From NCBI GenBank assembly GCA_000002435.2, contig CM018793.1: DNA of 64,000 nucleotides, one strand, 5' to 3'. A model generated the notes under the pieces. The model made no database searches and was not told the origin of the DNA. It saw only the letters and a program-made list of their open reading frames with translations. Positions 10,208 through 21,200 of the stretch are shown piece by piece. This stretch comes from Giardia intestinalis (taxonomy: Eukaryota). The position numbers and the translations under genes were made by a program. Each line of letters starts with the position of its first letter. Within the stretch, counting starts at the first letter, position 1.

Positions 10208-11367
10208 GCAGCACTGAGACCAGGAGGCAGCAGCTCGTGCCGGCGCCAGTTGTCCCTCACAAGAGAAAGCGCCTCGTCCCTGGATAGGCTGCGCTCAGAC
10301 GCAAGAACCTCAATCGCGGTCGCCATTGACCTGTCCCAGTCGTCCTGGTCCTCGCGGTACCAGTCCGTCTCCAGAAGCAGGCACTCCTTGTCAGACTTCC
10401 GTATGCACGCCCGGGTGGCCTTGTTTGCCTCTGTGAAGTGGGACACGGAAAGGAGCACGCGTCCGTGGCATGTAGAGACGGCAGCCTGCAGCTTGCGGAA
10501 TGTCTCGTGGGTCCCGTTGTAGGAGTGCATTATAATGCTGCGATTGTAGCTGGCATACTTCCTGGCCATGGCCTCCAGCTGCTCCGTGAAGATAGGCCAG
10601 AGGCCAGGCTTACGAGAGATGATGTGGACGTTGCAGTCCCTGTTCATCTCGAAGGCCATCTCCAGCTGCGGGGAAAAGTAGCGGGTCTGTGTGTCCAGTG
10701 GAGAGTCAGCCAGCGCGGCCGGCCGAGTGTCCAGGCCTATCTCCCCCACAAACGCGGTCTGGTCCGCAGCCAGTCTTGCTCTGACTTCAGCCAGTGTCGC
10801 TGCAAGATCGGGGTGCATGTGCAGGTAGTACGGGTGCACTCCGTACCCGACTCGTACAGAGAGGGGATGGATCCTCCTGAACTCGGCAAGGTCTTCGAAC
10901 TGAGTCGGGTCTGTGGCGTTCAGGAGATAGACGTGGTCCGGCCTGAACCAGGTGCCGACAAACGCCGAACTGAAGTGGCAGTGAGCGTCAAGCATTTTAA
11001 GTGTCGCCCCTGGGGGCATCGGAGAGATCAGCGTGGGTCTGGAAGAACCGTCGGACGTCCTCAGCAGTAGCAGGGGCTCCTCGAGCTGGCCGCTCCGCTG
11101 GCGGTGGGCCTCGGACGACAGGTGTTGCACCAGGGCCAGGGAGTCCTTGAAGGCGAGATCGCACAGCGTGCACCTCAGACAACCGCTGGATGCACGCTTC
11201 CCGTCGTCGATGACGGTCTGGGTGCCAGAGAGGGCGACCAGCTGCGCATACCTCGACATGCGGACGGTGTCCGTGCGGTCAATTTTCGTTGGTCCATTCA
11301 CTCCTATATCTCCGGACGCTTCACCGCGCCAGGACCTAGAAGGGCTCTGGCGGTACGTATCCTTCAT
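8911..11367. other. GC-rich compositional island (3' part of the 2059-aa ORF plus the TatD gene)
   Basis: Third-position G/C is strongly enriched versus neighbouring genes. Dense overlapping alternative-frame ORFs (9405-9704, 9598-9867, 9652-9879, 9809-10123, 10438-11070), which are typical of high-GC sequence, appear only here and in the inverted-repeat arms. Confidence 0.5.
10192..11367 (-). CDS. TatD-family metal-dependent DNase with N-terminal U1/matrin-type C2H2 zinc finger
   Basis: LDAHCHF (TatD HxH), GYGVHPYY, GEIGLD, HSYNG and LLLETDW match the TatD family. N-terminal CTLCDLAFKDSLALVQHLSSEAH has C-x2-C-x12-H-x5-H spacing. The 3' end overlaps the convergent 4028-10207 ORF by 16 nt. 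Confidence 0.75.
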   Translation of the reverse strand: MKDTYRQSPSRSWRGEASGDIGVNGPTKIDRTDTVRMSRYAQLVALSGTQTVIDDGKRASSGCLRCTLCDLAFKDSLALVQHLSSEAHRQRSGQLEEPLLLLRTSDGSSRPTLISPMPPGATLKMLDAHCHFSSAFVGTWFRPDHVYLLNATDPTQFEDLAEFRRIHPLSVRVGYGVHPYYLHMHPDLAATLAEVRARLAADQTAFVGEIGLDTRPAALADSPLDTQTRYFSPQLEMAFEMNRDCNVHIISRKPGLWPIFTEQLEAMARKYASYNRSIIMHSYNGTHETFRKLQAAVSTCHGRVLLSVSHFTEANKATRACIRKSDKECLLLETDWYREDQDDWDRSMATAIEVLASERSLSRDEALSLVRDNWRRHELLPPGLSAAQLGM

Positions 11368-11561
11368 CTGTGCGTTTTTCTTCTCACTTATCTCCCTTAT
11401 ATCTTAGGGATACTTCTTTCTGGAGGACTTAGAAGCTACCAATAGGGCAGAGAAGTTAGAGGTTAAGGAAATGGAGGCAAAGCCATTGATGACTGATTTA
11501 TGACGTTGTTTGCACAGCAATTATCACAGGCTTAGGAGACATCCCCCTGTAAGTAGGAAAC

Positions 11562-12233
11562 TCACGAGACAATGAAGCTATTGATCCACGTACACAGGTC
11601 TTTCTGCTCGGCCAATGAACAAAAAATATCCGCTACGCTCACCCCTCCTGGAAATCTTTTCATCATATCATTAATCTCTTCGCCAAAAACGTCTATTTTA
11701 TCGGACACGTGTGTAAATAATAACTTATCATTTTTCGGAACTTTGATCTTCTTTTCGGCCTCTACCAGGGTTTCGTTGACTTCCTCTGAATTGGACACAA
11801 TATCCTGAAGCTGTTTCAGTGCTTGGTACTGACTATTACTAATGGCTTCGACTCTATTCTTGGCACTTTTTAGTTCGTCCCGCAGGCGGTGTAGCTCCAA
11901 GTCAAGCTCGTACGCGTACTTGTAGTGAGTAGCGAACGCTGCGATATGGCGGGATGTCTCTTCTGCAAATTCTCTGTAGAGCTGCTTAAGCTTTGAGAGC
12001 GCCATCTTGCTGGGCGGCCCCTCAGACGCCCTAGTTAATTGATCTGCGGCACCACTTGCCGAGTGAACCAGTCCTGGCTTCTGACCAAAGTTGAAAGCAG
12101 AGCTTGTTGTGTTCAACTGTGAGAGGCCTAGCTCACTCCCACTCAATGGAGCCACCCCGAATCCACCGGTAGACCCTCGAGATAGGTCCACCGCCGGTGC
12201 CAACGAGCCCCCGAATGAGAAGCCGCTCTGCAT
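11562..12233 (-). CDS. coiled-coil protein (223 aa; possibly 147 aa from the internal ATG at 12005)
   Basis: ATG-initiated ORF whose C-terminal two-thirds is heptad-like (LKQLYREFAEE...LRDELKSAKNRVEAI...LKQLQDIV). No TM segment. Function unknown. Confidence 0.5.
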   Translation of the reverse strand: MQSGFSFGGSLAPAVDLSRGSTGGFGVAPLSGSELGLSQLNTTSSAFNFGQKPGLVHSASGAADQLTRASEGPPSKMALSKLKQLYREFAEETSRHIAAFATHYKYAYELDLELHRLRDELKSAKNRVEAISNSQYQALKQLQDIVSNSEEVNETLVEAEKKIKVPKNDKLLFTHVSDKIDVFGEEINDMMKRFPGGVSVADIFCSLAEQKDLCTWINSFIVS

Positions 12234-12265
12234 TAATAAAAATCTTTCGCGGAGAGCAGCTCGCT

Positions 12266-15200
12266 ATGCTGGAGGTCTTCATCTCCGTTTTTGTTTTTCT
12301 TCGACATCACTCCTTTGATGCTAGCCCTGCTGTTTTACTAATGTCCATCTTTTGGGTTATTGCCGGTACCACACTACTGCTGAGCCCCCAGCTGGGTTCG
12401 CCTTATCTTCTAAGCCATTACATATATAACGTCATAATGTCTATGCTTTTGATAAAAGATGTTTACTTTTTTCCCAGCAAGGCGAGTGTACTGCTCCTTC
12501 TAATTCCTCTTTTAAATTTACTTCCATTATTTATGATAATCTTGATAAGATTTTTTACTCCACGTCCTCCTAACACCTTCATTTACATATTATGTTATTT
12601 AACGCAAATTTTTATGTTTCTGTGGCTAGAAGGCTGTGGGCCGTATGCGTTTTACAAGTTGTCCGGGTCGCTGGCCCTTTTGCTCAAGCGCATTGCGGAA
12701 GGTATCGCCACCAGGGGGTTTTTTCCTGCCATCTTTAGCACCGATTCTCTTGTACTAATCTACTATAGCGTGCTTACCGTGTTCCACTACCAAATCAATC
12801 TATCCTTTATGCATGCCCAGAACACTGCAGCCATAAGGGAAACAAAGCTGTTCTTTGCGCCCTCGTTCATTCCTCTGCAGCGGTTTCGTCTACTTTATCT
12901 CATTTCCTTGATCGTCCAGCAGTTCTTTGAAAACATAGTCTTTTCCATCTACTTTGTCTATTGCGCTCTGGTCTTTGTTAACGCTTATCTCATTGCTTCG
13001 CGCGGTTCGCTCTCCCATGTTCACAACGGTCCCTGGATAACCCTATCCCTTTCAACCTTCATTTTATTTTACAGCTGCTACAATATATTAATAACCATAT
13101 TTCCGTTGATCGTAGGTAAGGTCTCTAGATACAGTACTCTTTTAATGATTTGTCTACCAATCTCTTTGGCTGTTTCAGTCGGTGTGACTGTAACGCTCCT
13201 TGTGCTCGGAAAACGAATTAGGATAAACGTCATTAACGATCATAAGCGGATCAAGGTACGGCACTCTTCTAGCTTTCGTGGACGACACAGGTGCCTTACA
13301 ATCAGACTTCTGTCCACCATTCCGGCAAAGAATGTTAGCGTTAAGGTTCTGACTTCAGATGGCCATCATCCTGCCATGCAGAAGGACACTGCTGTTCTCC
13401 TGGATCCTACTGCAATCCAGAACTATACCCTTCATACTCCTCTCTCTAAATCTATGGTGATGATATTGGCGTTCTATTTTGACATTCATACAGTCGCTAG
13501 CTTTGTTTTACCAAATGACTACACGTTCACAACCGATGATATCAATAGCTTGGTGTACCTCATAAAGGATAGCAAGTCCACCAGGCGTCTGCCAGAAGAG
13601 CGCGTCAAGGAAAGACCAGGAGCACATCCCAATTCTATTGTTTCTTTACCACAGCTGCATAGCGACGCGAACAATCTAATCGGCTCCCCGCCCCTTACCA
13701 GCTCTATTGTGGATTCATCAAATATTGAGCGGCCACGTTCAGCCAGTGCTACCCACCGACATACCACTTTCCTACACCACGCCTTTTCAATTCCCGACAC
13801 TAGCCTCACCATGAATAGAGAGGCACTGGCGGTTGAGCACTTGGTGAGCTGCTCGACAGATGCACCAGCGCCCTGTTACAAGTCATCGAATGACGCTCTC
13901 ACTTATCCATCTAATAGCTCGTCCGAAGACTCGCCCAATTTGTATGGCATATCAGCTACACAAGGCGCTAACTGCCCGTTGCCAACTGGACATACATCCA
14001 AGGCTTCGACCACCCCTAAAACGGGCTGTGAGACACCAAAAGAGCTTCCCCTTACGCCAAATCAAAAGATTTTTAGGGATTTTCTGGGCACATTAGACCC
14101 TCAGAAAATCTTCACATATGTTGTACAAGCAGAGAACCTTCTAGAGGATTTCAGACTTTTCTATGAGAATATATATGCATCGCTGTTTCTTTCTTATTGC
14201 GCTGCGTCGCAAACTTTAGAGTCTATGACGTTACTGGACATTGAGGAATGCCTGCCTATCCCTCTTCTTTTACGCTATCTGCGTGCATGGAAGACGCCTA
14301 GTGACGCATATAACAGTATTATATACTACATTGATCAGTTAAAGAGCGTAGACGACTTGAAGCGGGAATACCAAGCAGCGCGAGCCACCCGTCGAGAACT
14401 TGAACATGCATCCACTGCCCCTAATGCAACGCGCAGCCTTACTCTCAAGCCCATTTTCGTGGAAGCAAGGAAAATACCATCTTTCACTTGTAGCAACTCG
14501 TGCACAAACTGCCCTCGGTGTAGGGTACACGCAGTCTGCAACCACTGTCATGCAAAAATAGCAATCCTTCTAAAATCCACATTTAACTTTGTTATGGGGA
14601 GAATGAAGACAGATAAACCGCCATCTAGAGGCTTCAATTGTCCAGATTGCAATCGGCCATGTTCGCTCAAGATTGTAGAGTCACTCTCAAAGAAACAGAA
14701 TAGGAAGATCCCCGGCACAACTCTGCACACCACATCTGTCAAGCCAAGGATACCTCAAAATTACACAACATTTCTAAACAAATTGACCCCTCTTGGGCGG
14801 CGCATTCAAACACCCACAGCCTACTCCAGAAAAAAGCTACCAGCCGTGGACTTCTTAAGCTTTGAGACTGTATCAGAGCAAACAGACGCAAACCTACCTC
14901 ACTCTCGCCAGCATTCAAAGCGCTTGTCGCGGGATGTTGTGCAGTTATTACTAAAGGCATTTATAAATGACATGGAAAACAGCATAAACGAAGAGACCCC
15001 CATGATATGCGAGTGGGCCACACAAAAGTATGCGTCCACTAATGCTACTGATCAGGCCAGTCTCGATGCAAAGCAGCGGCCAAACTCAAACACAGACTCT
15101 AAGATGTTTTCCCGAGATCAAAATATTGGACTTCTGCACAAGAGTTACTCCGTCATCTCTCCTCAGAACTTCAATGGATCAATCTACTTTTTATCGCCCG

Positions 15201-18200
15201 AGATATTTGCAGATGTCACCATATCCGAGGAATCGAAATCTTTCCTCTATAACTGTAGAAAGCAGAATTATCTCTTTACGATCTTCCTCCCAACAATTAC
15301 AAGCACATCAAGCACAACAGGCAACATCCATCGTTTAAGTTTTGCCTATGACAGAGCGGCAAGCCTCACTAGCCCCCTGAGAATTCTACGGATGAAGGTG
15401 CTAATCCACCTGGCTCGGATGCTTTTCCCTGTCCATCTGTATGTGGATAGTATTTACCCAATCCAGCTTGTCCCATGCTACAAGTTTTATACACTTGGAA
15501 GAAGCTATATAGAAAATGCCACAAACCGTGTTTCTATGATCTATAGTCCTGAATTTTTATTAAAAAGACAAAAGGACTCGGAGGTCCGTGTAATTAGTAA
15601 GAACACGAGCCTGAAGAAAAGCATACAAGCAATGTATCATCAAGAGCCTCTCTACCTATATTGTCTTGCTCAGAATGCTCTAACTATAAAGACACAAGAC
15701 AAAATGGATAGCTCTATTCTGCAGTTTGTTAACGTAGAGTATTTATTTATGCAGGCTGCATTTACTGGTATCAGTAGCTCCTATCTATCGTTCTTCTATC
15801 GCTTGTACTATACCAATAACGTCTCCTTTTTCACCCACTTGCTATCTCTCTCGAAACACTCCAGCGACGCCGATTTTCCAGTGGATCTGACAACGAAACT
15901 GGACAAGCACGGATCCAGCCTTTCTACTATTCCTGGGTCCATAGCTATCAATGGACTATCAATAGCTTTGAACTGCCACACCTTATCAGATCAAACGGCG
16001 GATGCCTACGCAGTGATTGATAGGTTGCTAGGTGGAATGTATTCGGTTCAAATACCGATCTATACTTGGCTGGAAATGGCAAAGATACGCCTCTCTACAT
16101 GCACTGTTTATTTGGAGCTTTTGCGCGGACTTAACTCTGACATATTTTCAAGATACGAGAGTGTGCCTGCAATCACCAGCAGCCACTCTGTCCCCATGGA
16201 AATGTCAAGCATACCAAGCATACCATCGGGTTTGGAACTGGATGCTGATGAGAAACGGACTCCATTGGTATTTGAACACGGCATTACAAACGCAGAAAGG
16301 CAGGACAAAACGCGTCTCAGACACGGGCACTCCTTTAATGTGTCTACACTTGAAGATTACCACCGTCTGCATGATGCCATTGCCGAGCTGCTCTCTGTAT
16401 GCCAAACCCTCCTGGATAAACAAGTGAGTGAGCTAGGATTTCCTAATGAATCACATGAGGTCCAGATGACAAGAATATTAGATGGTTGTAAGAGCTTTTT
16501 TAGGCATTACTATGTGTTCTCCACGCAGCACTTGCTTCACGTTGTCTTTGATCTTCCTGGTATAGTGAAGTACGCTCCTCGCAACACTCGTAGTAAGCCT
16601 ATTTATCGTTATCGCAACGGTATCCCAGAGCTCATTACTCACTCACGAAAGTATTCTAATCATCCGACTGATACCCTAGATGCAGCAAGCGCTGATACTG
16701 AAGAACTTGGGAGCGAGTCTAGCAGCGACTATCTGGAATCTCCCCCCTTGCGTCTGGAGCCTGACATTGAGGACAGTGGGTCCGATGTCCAGGACAATTC
16801 TACTGCCTTTGTGGCACACTCCCCGGCGCTAGCATTGGATGGCTTCAACAAGTTATTTATTCCGCAGCTCCCTCACATGGCGACCTCCTCCCACCCAAAA
16901 GCCTTAGTGATTTCCAAAAAGCAGATTGCGGCTAATTTATTTGCTATTTATGAGCATGTGATCCTAGAGAATGATATGTTGGAGACTATATTATTAAATA
17001 ATATTACCATCAACGGACTGCCATCAATTGACATCAATGGCATGCCCTTTTCTCTTCTATCTCTTTTGGGAAAGACCCCATCTCGGTGTGTCGATGGTTC
17101 CCCGACAAAAGACTCGAGCGATACCCCGCACGGGTGTACCCCTACCACGTCCATAGACGTAGCCAAATTGCAAGATTTACTGAGCTCACATGCACAAGCA
17201 CTAGCAAAAGAGAAATACATTGATAAGCTCATGCAGCATTTTAGCTCTCGATCTCTCTATGACAAGGTGGGCTCTGATCATTACTCGCAAATCTCCGCGC
17301 CTCGTCTGCGTCAAATTATTCTCTCTCTTATTACAGATAATGCAAGCGACTACCAGAGTAGTGCTTCGGGTTACGGTAACATGTCCTTGGATAATGCCCC
17401 GCCCTCGTCGAGCGTCTTGGATTCCGAGCCATGTGCTGGTGCGGCTCCGGCCCTCCCCAATGTATCGGCAACATTTAGCGCAACGTTTAGCACCAGTGCC
17501 AGCACAACCTATTCTCACGTAACAGAGGCCCAAAACACGTTTACTGAGCCCCTAGTTTCTGCTAAAGACTTCGCATTCTTGGGGCCAACAATGGCGAGTA
17601 ATGTAGATCGGTTTGGCATAAAGAGGAAAGCAGGCTACAAGTCCTCCAAGCTTTCAAGTTGGAAGTTCTCGCTTTCCTCATTAAACTCATCAAAGCTACT
17701 TCGTAGGTTTATCAGCAAAGGAAGCAAGAGCTCATCGCTGTCTCTTTTGGAACCGGAAAAAATCAAGCTCTTCTTAAAAGCAGGTTCCGCATATGTCCCA
17801 TTTGATTTTCCTCTTTCAGGCGGCTCAGTGTCATCTTCACTTGCAAGCGATCCTGTTAGCACGCAGCAGCTACTCCTTGCGATGATTGTGATGCTCAATT
17901 TACTTCACCTGTACTCCTCTTCTAACGTGCTCACAACTTATGAATATCGTGGCCGGCAGCTTCTAACTCTTCAGCAAAATCGCTTCATTGTGGACTCGAC
18001 TGGAGAGTATTATCCGGCAGCCTATAGACAAGAGCTAGAGCAATCCTATACCCTTAACTTTAATACTCAAAATCCAGACGACGCTGTCAAGAAGTTTATC
18101 TATTGCTTTGATGAATCCTTCACGGGACTGTTCCCAATCAAAAGCCCGATCCTGTGCAAGCGCTACCTTAACACAGACTTTGATCTGACGATACCTATTG

Positions 18201-21200
18201 ATGGTATGAAGTATATCCACGTGTCAGATTCCCCCAGTAACCTTCTAGCACCTACATCGCGCTCTAAGTGGCTTGAGAACTTAAAGCAGCCAGATTTCAA
18301 TACACCAATCAACGTTTATGAATGTATAGAAGCACAAGTATCAATGAACATGGGATTCTCGCTGATTAGATATAGACTGAGGTTTAGGAACTTGCTACTA
18401 TATAATAGTATTGTCTTCGACACTCTTATTCAGTTGCGGAATATAATTAGGGTAGATAGCACCTTGAGAGCAAAGATACATGCCTATAAGATGCTCCCTC
18501 GCTTAGGAATGTTCTCTAACCACTCTGATGTCCTGCTAAAGAGCTTCTTTGAGAAAATAATAAATATCCAGGACTCCATTCTTACATCAGATCCATCTGC
18601 ACTCCACATACCTCATGGTGGGGCCACCATGAAGGCCTCAATTGCTGACACGAGAAACAGCGCGCCCACACCCATGCTAATCCATCACTGTAAGCGCCTC
18701 CACGAGTGCCTAGATGTACTGTGCAGATATGAGCACATCCTTCAGAGTCTTTGGACCATGAGACTTACGCTGTTGCGCCACAGCTATGCAGAAGAGGACT
18801 TTCTTCTTCTGCTACAAAACGAGTGTCTCAGAGCCCTCTCCACAAGCTATGGGATTCCCAGTGAGTACTTCTTTGCGCTCTTTTCTAATATTATGAACTT
18901 GGACCCCGAGACGAAGCAGTGCTACATGTCCTCGTCCATAGAGCATGCGTTCCCGAAACATTATGCACTATTGTACCAATTACGATCCAGTAACCAAGAT
19001 GATAGGGAGGTTACTCTATCGTATCCACTATTGGATGAAAGCACATATGCCCGACAGCAAAACGTTATTCGTTACTTTTCGGCGATGGAGTATGACGCAA
19101 AGAGAATCGAGACGGCAAACAGAAAGTTCTTTATCACGATAGCAGAGCTGTTCGCATTAGGAAAAGATCCGCTCGGGCAGATAGAACATATCTTGGCAGC
19201 GTCACCCAGGGCCGCAGGAGCTTACATTCTCGGACCAACTTTTGATACCTTACAATTATTTAAAGGAACTATTGGGGTTGATGCGGCTTTTCCTCACTCC
19301 AATATCTCAATTGCAACAAAAGACCCTCTAGACAAAGCCGAGGAACCCAAGGATTTCGATGATCTTGCATATTCTAGCTCAGTCTTAACAGATGACCCAA
19401 CCAATAGCCTGTGTCCTTCGTCAGAGACGACCTTATCAATGACGCAAAATTCTCATCCTCCATTGGCCAAAACAACCGCCAAAGACGTGCAGCATTCTGA
19501 TTTTCAGAGTATCTTTCGCAAAGACAACTCCACAATATCAAATGTTAAGGATGACTCGTTCAATCGGAACAAACGTAGCTGTGGAAAACCAGATCTTAAT
19601 TCAGGAGCCTGTGCGCGCATACATACGCAACATTGGCGGATTGTAGCTTGTCTCTATACAAACAGCTCACTGATCCTGATAACGCTCTTTTACATTTTCC
19701 TTGTGTGCTACCTTCTCTTTATCTACTCATACTCCCTAACAAACCACGTAATAGCTAAGAGCTTGCTTCAGCAAGGCGGGCATATCTCAGGCATGATGGC
19801 GGCCCTCTCAGACTTGCAGACTGAGATAAACATGAATGTGGCCCTCCAGCAAACCAAGAATAATCCCTTTGAGATTCTTTCCAGCTATGCCGAACGGTTT
19901 AATGAAATTGCAAACAATGCTTATTCTGCCCACGTAATCACGGCTGCCATGTACAATGGTTTATCTATTAACGATGTTGTTCAAAGGGAGCTGGAGCTCT
20001 CTGCCTTCTGGCCACCCCCGATGTTATACTATTCTGGAGAGCAGATAATGAACGTAGAAGACTTGAATGTTAATAGTGGTCATCAAAATATCACTTGCAC
20101 AGTTACAATGGGTACCCTTTCCGACCAGTCTATTGCCACCTTGACGAACTCCAGGGACAAGTGGCCAGCGAACTTAAGCTATTTGAAATCGAAATTATTG
20201 CCACTTAAAAATCTAAAGTACCTTTTAAACTTTAAAGTTTGGACGCAGACAAGGGATTTTCTACAATTGCAACAATCAGATATAAAAGAGTACCTCGACA
20301 CTTACAATGAGTTTAGCATAGGACTATATGATGGGAGCTTCCGTAATTTTATCACTAACTACCCTGTTACAATCCCAATTACCTCATCTTATTCGATTGA
20401 GCAACCAGATGGCACACTAAAAGACCAACTCAATTCTCACAGTACTAATTATTTTGAAACTACTGATATACTCGTCAATAGGGTAGTGTGCATAGCTGCC
20501 TCTATGATATATATTTCTCAGCAAGCCTCTAGCTTTAATCCTCAATACATATCCTCCAAAGAGTCCTCAATGTTGACTCTTTATAGGCCAATGGCCAGCC
20601 TGATGTTGGAAACAGATTTCTTACAAACAACTTACCAGAGCATGTATGTTAATCTTCAAGAGATTATGATAAACACGTGGGCAATGTACTCTAGATACAC
20701 GCTTAACAGGCTGGTTCTTCTTGCATTTACATTTCTGGCAGTTGGACTTTTTATTCCCCTCTATTACTTAAGCTTTCAGAGAGTGCAGCGAAGGCTTTTG
20801 AAGGCAAAGCTTGACCGCGCCTGCACCCTTGCCAACATCCTCTCCTTACCAAAAGCTATATTAGAGAGCCTAATGGACAATTATGCTCAAGCCTCGATGA
20901 TCCCCTTCAAGCAATTCTTGTGGGGGAATAAGGGGTATTCGGCAACAGACATAGACTTGCCCAGAGAATACTACTCCGACATATACTCATATACTCAGAG
21001 CAAATCAGTGTACAATCAGACACACTTTAACTTGGCGGAGCTCACCATACATTCCTCCAAAGTCATTGAAAATAACGTGAAAATCAAGCAACACAACGAC
21101 CCCGACTGCAGCTTAAAATTTTATTCGCACACAGACGAGATCTCCCTTATTCTTCGCCTTGTTGCTATCTACGACAATTTAAGCAATAGCAAGATGCACA

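Noticed and set aside
10438-11070. 210-aa plus-strand ORF opposite the TatD gene, plus other alternative-frame ORFs in 9.4-11.4 kb
   Set aside because: The minus-strand frame carries the full ordered set of TatD motifs. The others are by-products of the GC-rich composition.
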